Below, piece by piece: positions 55,140 through 64,000 of a DNA stretch of 64,000 nt. Numbering within the stretch: position 1 is the stretch's first letter; each line of letters begins with the position of its first letter. Both the position numbers and the translations under genes were made by a program. The stretch is from the human T2T-CHM13v2.0 reference genome, Homo sapiens, in the NCBI RefSeq assembly GCF_009914755.1, contig NC_060948.1. One strand, given 5' to 3'. The notes beneath the pieces are model-generated. The model was not told where the DNA came from, did no database searches, and saw only the letters and a list, made by a program, of their open reading frames with translations.

Positions 55140-56672
55140 CGTATACATTATGTATATAATAATATACAGTATCATATATATAATATATATAACCTATGTA
55201 TAATATTGTTTTACATCCTGCATCTTATGTTATATATATTGTATAAAATATAATAATTGATAATATATAAGTTTTATAATTATACAATATGACATATAGT
55301 ATATATTATAATTTATGACATATATAATATATGTTATATATCATATATAGAATATATTATACGGTTAATATACGTATTAAATATAAATTATACATTATAT
55401 ATATTATATATAATATATCTGTTATATATAATACCCATTATGCATAATATATATATTATGTCTATGTTATATATAGTATAAAACAACATATAATAATATA
55501 TAATTGTATATATAAAATGCGACAGATAATATATATTATATTTTATAACATATGTAATATATATTATATATTATATATAATACGTTGTATGTATAATACC
55601 TATATTAAATATATATTATATGACTATGTTATTAATTACATGTCACATGTGTTATATATTATATATTTTACATAGAATATACCGGTTACATACAATATAT
55701 ACTATGTTACCTATAATGTGTAATTTCTTACATGTAAAATAAAGAATGCAATATATTATGTATAATTTATAATATACAATATGTGGAATGTGATATATAT
55801 AACATATAATATATGATATATGATATACAGTATATGATATATAACATACAATATATGATTCCTAATATATGTGGTATACAATATATATTTTATGATATGT
55901 ATTCTATATGTTTTATATTCTGTTATATATAACTATTTGAAATTATATATAACTGTATAATATTTTATGTAAATATGTAATATAATATATATAACTATAT
56001 AATATATTATATATAACTATATATTATGTTATATATACTTTTATAACATAATTTACATAAAATATCATAATATAATATATATTATATTATTTCATATTAC
56101 ATAATATATATTACATATCACCCAATATAACTAACATACATAATATTATAATATAGATTATATTGTGTTATATTAAATATCATATATATCATGTATCATA
56201 TATTCTATAATATATATTACACATTATATAATATGTATGTTGTCTATTATGTGATATATATAACTATATATATAATTATATTTTTATACATATAACTAGA
56301 TAAACATGTAATTCTACATATTTTCATTTATAATATGTAGAATTATATAATCATATATAATTATTTATATTCTATAAAAAATTTTATCATTATATAAATT
56401 ATAATATATAAAAATTATAATATGTACTACAAATATATATATTATATATCATATATGATATAGTACCTTTGTTATATATCATAATACATATAAATGTGTA
56501 TTATGTTATCTATAATTATATAATTTCATATATAAGTTGTATAATATGTATCATATATTATATATGTTATGTAATATATATAGTATATATAAGATGACAC
56601 AGGATAAATATTATATACTATGACATATAAAATATATGAGGTTATATGTTACATATAAGGCATAGCACATAA

Positions 56673-56987
<315 letters not shown>

Positions 56988-57559
56988 AGATCCATATTTT
57001 TTAAATGAAAAAAAATTTCAAAGGTACTCTGCTTGGTACAATAATCAAATGTATAAACTGAGGAATAAAACATAACCATGAAACCTACTTTTAACTGCAT
57101 ATGGAAAATACAGAGGATAATTTTTTAAATAACATATTTTGAAAGCCTTAACTAGTAATTTGAAGAGTTGGCATTTGAAAGGCCAGTATGAATATACCTT
57201 CAAAGCAGCAACACAGGTTCCCCATGAGAAAAAGCAAACACAGGGAAAATAAAAACACAAAGGTTCAATCTCTTCTGACCTTTGAAAGACACAGCACAGA
57301 CAGTGGTCCTTAGGACGAAGGGCAGGAGACCCCTAATTCCGTCACCATGGCGATAGGGCATAAACATTGCTGGGTGAGGGCACAATCCACATTGTGAGGT
57401 CCAACTGCTGCCAGGAAGACAGGAGTGCTTTTACATAGAGCGAAAGGTCATTGAAGGCTCAGAGTTTTGTTTCAAGAACTGAATCCCAAGCCCACACGTT
57501 ATTAGGCTGCGCTTCTTAAAACAAGTTATGAGATGGGAAAAAGGGCACCCACAAACATA
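56988..57559. repeat. HSATI-type block copy 24
   Basis: Same as copy 1. Confidence 0.8.
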
Positions 57560-59092
57560 CGTATACATTATGTATATAATAATATACAGTATCATATATA
57601 TAATATATATAACCTATGTATAATATTGTTTTACATCCTGCATCTTATGTTATATATATTGTATAAAATATAATAATTGATAATATATAAGTTTTATAAT
57701 TATACAATATGACATATAGTATATATTATAATTTATGACATATATAATATATGTTATATATCATATATAGAATATATTATACGGTTAATATACGTATTAA
57801 ATATAAATTATACATTATATATATTATATATAATATATCTGTTATATATAATACCCATTATGCATAATATATATATTATGTCTATGTTATATATAGTATA
57901 AAACAACATATAATAATATATAATTGTATATATAAAATGCGACAGATAATATATATTATATTTTATAACATATGTAATATATATTATATATTATATATAA
58001 TACGTTGTATGTATAATACCTATATTAAATATATATTATATGACTATGTTATTAATTACATGTCACATGTGTTATATATTATATATTTTACATAGAATAT
58101 ACCGGTTACATACAATATATACTATGTTACCTATAATGTGTAATTTCTTACATGTAAAATAAAGAATGCAATATATTATGTATAATTTATAATATACAAT
58201 ATGTGGAATGTGATATATATAACATATAATATATGATATATGATATACAGTATATGATATATAACATACAATATATGATTCCTAATATATGTGGTATACA
58301 ATATATATTTTATGATATGTATTCTATATGTTTTATATTCTGTTATATATAACTATTTGAAATTATATATAACTGTATAATATTTTATGTAAATATGTAA
58401 TATAATATATATAACTATATAATATATTATATATAACTATATATTATGTTATATATACTTTTATAACATAATTTACATGAAATATCATAATATAATATAT
58501 ATTATATTATTTCATATTACATAATATATATTACATATCACCCAATATAACTAACATACATAATATTATAATATAGATTATATTGTGTTATATTAAATAT
58601 CATATATATCATGTATCATATATTCTATAATATATATTACACATTATATAATATGTATGTTGTCTATTATGTGATATATATAACTATATATATAATTATA
58701 TTTTTATACATATAACTAGATAAACATGTAATTCTACATATTTTCATTTATAATATGTAGAATTATATAATCATATATAATTATTTATATTCTATAAAAA
58801 ATTTTATCATTATATAAATTATAATATATAAAAATTATAATATGTACTACAAATATATATATTATATATCATATATGATATAGTACCTTTGTTATATATC
58901 ATAATACATATAAATGTGTATTATGTTATCTATAATTATATAATTTCATATATAAGTTGTATAATATGTATCATATATTATATATGTTATGTAATATATA
59001 TAGTATATATAAGATGACACAGGATAAATATTATATACTATGACATATAAAATATATGAGGTTATATGTTACATATAAGGCATAGCACATAA

Positions 59093-59407
<315 letters not shown>

Positions 59408-59979
59408 AGATCCATATTTTTTAAATGAAAAAAAATTTCAAAGGTACTCTGCTTGGTACAATAATCAAATGTATATACTGAGGAATAAAACATAACCATG
59501 AAACCTACTTATAACTGCATATGGAAAATACAGAGGATAATTTTTTAAATAACATATTTTGAAAGCCTTAACTAGTAATTTGAAGAGTTGGCATTTGAAA
59601 GGCCAGTATGAATATACCTTCAAAGCAGCAACACAGGTTCCCCATGAGAAAAAGCAAACACAGGGAAAATAAAAACACAAAGGTTCAATCTCTTCTGACC
59701 TTTGAAAGACACAGCACAGACAGTGGTCCTTAGGACGAAGAGCAGGAGACCCCTAATTCCGTCACCATGGCGATAGGGCATAAACATTGCTGGGTGAGGG
59801 CACAATCCACATTGTGAGGTCCGACTGCTGCCAGGAAGACAGGAGTGCTTTTACATAGAGCGAAAGGTCATTGAAGGCTCAGAGTTTTGTTTCAAGAACT
59901 GAATCCCAAGCCCACACGTTATTAGGCTGCGCTTCTTAAAACAAGTTATGAGATGGGAAAAAGGGCACCCACAAACATA
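59408..59979. repeat. HSATI-type block copy 25
   Basis: Same as copy 1. Confidence 0.8.
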
Positions 59980-61512
59980 CGTATACATTATGTATATAAT
60001 AATATACAGTATCATATATATAATATATATAACCTATGTATAATATTGTTTTACATCCTGCATCTTATGTTATATATATTGTATAAAATATAATAATTGA
60101 TAATATATAAGTTTTATATTTATACAATATGACATATAGTATATATTATAATTTATGACATATATAATATATGTTATATATCATATATAGAATATATTAT
60201 ACGGTTAATATACGTATTAAATATAAATTATACATTATATATATTATATATAATATATCTGTTATATATAATACCCATTATGCATAATATATATATTATG
60301 TCTATGTTATATATAGTATAAAACAACATATAATAATATATAATTGTATATATAAAATGCGACATATAATATATATTATATTTTATAACATATGTAATAT
60401 ATATTATATATTATATATAATACGTTGTATGTATAATACCTATATTAAATATATATTATATGACTATGTTATTAATTACATGTCACATGTGTTATATATT
60501 ATATATTTTACATAGAATATACCGGTTACATACAATATATACTATGTTACCTATAATGTATAATTTCTTACATGTAAAATAAAGAATGCAATATATTATG
60601 TATAATTTATAATATACAATATGTGGAATGTGATATATATAACATATAATATATGATATATGATATACAGTATATGATATATAACATACAATATATGATT
60701 CCTAATATATGTGGTATACAATATATATTTTATGATATGTATTCTATATGTTTTATATTCTGTTATATATAACTATTTGAAATTATATATAACTGTATAA
60801 TATTTTATGTAAATATGTAATATAATATATATAACTATATAATATATTATATATAACTATATATTATGTTATATATACTTTTATAACATAATTTACATGA
60901 AATATCATAATATAATATATATTATATTATTTCATATTACATAATATATATTACATATCACCCAATATAACTAACATACATAATATTATAATATAGATTA
61001 TATTGTGTTATATTAAATATCATATATATCATGTATCATATATTCTATAATATATATTACACATTATATAATATGTATGTTGTCTATTATGTGATATATA
61101 TAACTATATATATAATTATATTTTTATACATATAACTAGATAAACATGTAATTCTACATATTTTCATTTATAATATGTAGAATTATATAATCATATATAA
61201 TTATTTATATTCTATAAAAAATTTTATCATTATATAAATTATAATATATAAAAATTATAATATGTACTACAAATATATATATTATATATCATATATGATA
61301 TAGTAGCTTTGTTATATTTCATAATACATATAAATGTGTATTATGTTATCTATAATTATATAATTTCATATATAAGATGTATAATATGTATCATATATTA
61401 TATATGTTATGTAATATATATAGTATATATAAGATGACACAGGATAAATATTATATACTATGACATATAAAATATATGAGGTTATATGTTACATATAAGG
61501 CATAGCACATAA

Positions 61513-61827
<315 letters not shown>

Positions 61828-62399
61828 AGATCCATATTTTTTAAATGAAAAAAAATTTCAAAGGTACTCTGCTTGGTACAATAATCAAATGTATATACTG
61901 AGGAATAAAACATAACCATGAAACCTACTTATAACTGCATATGGAAAATACAGAGGATAATTTTTTAAATAACATATTTTGAAAGCCTTAACTAGTAATT
62001 TGAAGAGTTGGCATTTGAAAGGCCAGTATGAATATACCTTCAAAGCAGCAACACAGGTTCCCCATGAGAAAAAGCAAACACAGGGAAAATAAAAACACAA
62101 AGGTTCAATCTCTTCTGACCTTTGAAAGACACAGCACAGACAGTGGTCCTTAGGACGAAGAGCAGGAGACCCCTAATTCCGTCACCATGGCGATAGGGCA
62201 TAAACATTGCTGGGTGAGGGCACAATCCACATTGTGAGGTCCAACTGCTGCCAGGAAGACAGGAGTGCTTTTACATAGAGCGAAAGGTCATTGAAGGCTC
62301 AGAGTTTTGTTTCAAGAACTGAATCCCAAGCCCACACGTTATTAGGCTGCGCTTCTTAAAACAAGTTATGAGATGGGAAAAAGGGCACCCACAAACATA
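61828..62399. repeat. HSATI-type block copy 26
   Basis: Same as copy 1. Confidence 0.8.
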
Positions 62400-63950
62400 C
62401 GTATACATTATGTATATAATAATATACAGTATCATATATATAATATATATAACCTATGTATAATATTGTTTTACATCCTGCATCTTATATATATTGTATA
62501 AAATATAATAATTGATAATATATAAGTTTTATAATTATACAATATGACATATAGTATATATTATAATTTATGACATATATAATATATGTTATATATCATA
62601 TATAGAATATATTATACGGTTAATATACGTATTAAATATAAATTATACATTATATATATTATATATAATATATCTGTTATATATAATACCCATTATGCAT
62701 AATATATATATTATGTCTATATTATATATAGTATAAAACAACATATAATAATATATAATTGTATATATAAAATGCGACATATAATATATATTATATTTTA
62801 TAACATATGTAATATATATTATATATTATATATAATACGTTGTATGTATAATACCTATATTAAATATATATTATATGACTATGTTATTAATTACATGTCA
62901 CATGTGTTATATATTATATATTTTACATAGAATATACCGGTTACATACAATATATACTATGTTACCTATAATGTATAATTTATTACATGTAAAATAAAGA
63001 ATGCAATATATTATGTATAATTTATAATATACAATATGTGGAATGTGATATATATAACATATAATATATGATATATGATATACAGTATATGATATATAAC
63101 ATACAATATATGATTCCTAATATATATGGTATACAATATATATTTTATGATATGTATTCTATATGTTTTATATTCTGTTATATATAACTATTTGAAATTA
63201 TATATAACTGTATAATATTTTATGTAAATATGTAATATAATATATATAACTATATAATATATTATATATAACTATATATTATGTTATATATACTTTTATA
63301 TCATAATTTACATAAAATATCATAATATAATATATATTATATTATTTCATATTACATAATATATATTACATATCACCCAATATAACTAACATACATAATA
63401 TTATAATATAGATTATATTGTGTTATATTAAATATCATATATATCATGTATCATATATTCTATAATATATATTACACATTATATAATATGTATGTTGTCT
63501 ATTATGTGATATATATAACTATATATATAATTATATTTTTATACATATAACTAGATAAACATGTAATTCTACATATTTTCATTTATAATATGTAGAATTA
63601 TATAATCATATATAATTATTTATATTCTATAAAAAATGTTATCATTATATGAATTATAATATATAAAAATTATAATATGTACTACAAATATATATATTAT
63701 ATATCATATATGATATAGTACCTTTGTTATATATCATAATACATATAAATGTGTATTATGTTATCTATAATTATATAATTTCATATATAAGATGTATAAT
63801 ATGTATCATATATTATATATGTTATGTAATATATATAGTATATATAAGATGACACAGGATAAATATTATATACTATGACATATAAAATATATGAGGTTAT
63901 ATGTTACATATAAGGCATAGCACATAACATGTAATATATATCATATATAA
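62400..63950. repeat. AT-rich block, last complete copy (5-bp deletion variant)
   Basis: Same as other AT blocks; CATCTTATATATATTG at ~62481. Confidence 0.9.
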
Positions 63951-64000
63951 TTTTTTTTTAGACAGAATCTTGTCCTGTTGCACAGGGTGGGGTACAATGG
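63951..64000 (-). mobile_element. Alu copy 27 (3' end only, cut by window edge)
   Basis: T9 AGACAGAATCTTGTCCTGTTGCACAGGGTGGGGTACAATGG. Confidence 0.9.

Overview
The whole 64 kb window is one uninterrupted head-to-tail tandem array of a ~2,420-bp composite satellite (about 26.5 copies, one orientation, nearly identical). Each unit has three parts: a ~1.55-kb extremely AT-rich degenerate (TA)n block, a ~290-bp diverged 5'-truncated Alu on the minus strand, and a ~570-bp moderately GC-rich HSATI-type block. Unit size, architecture and a predicted ~2.15-kb HaeIII fragment match human DYZ2 (HSat1B), the major satellite of Yq12 heterochromatin; smaller related HSat1B arrays exist on acrocentric short arms, so the chromosome is inferred. 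I find no credible protein-coding genes: the ORFs are chance open frames copied with the unit. I find no new gene system. The notable signal is in the variants: an alternating two-unit (~4.83 kb) higher-order pattern at ~30-49 kb, a mosaic unit, staggered local duplications, long-range sibling units and one divergent outlier. The unit also carries fixed features: an Alu lacking its A box and carrying a 14-bp internal duplication, and clustered NR4A-type and TCF/SOX-type motifs in HSATI. Units are numbered by Alu copy; coordinates of later copies were derived from unit offsets and spot-checked.
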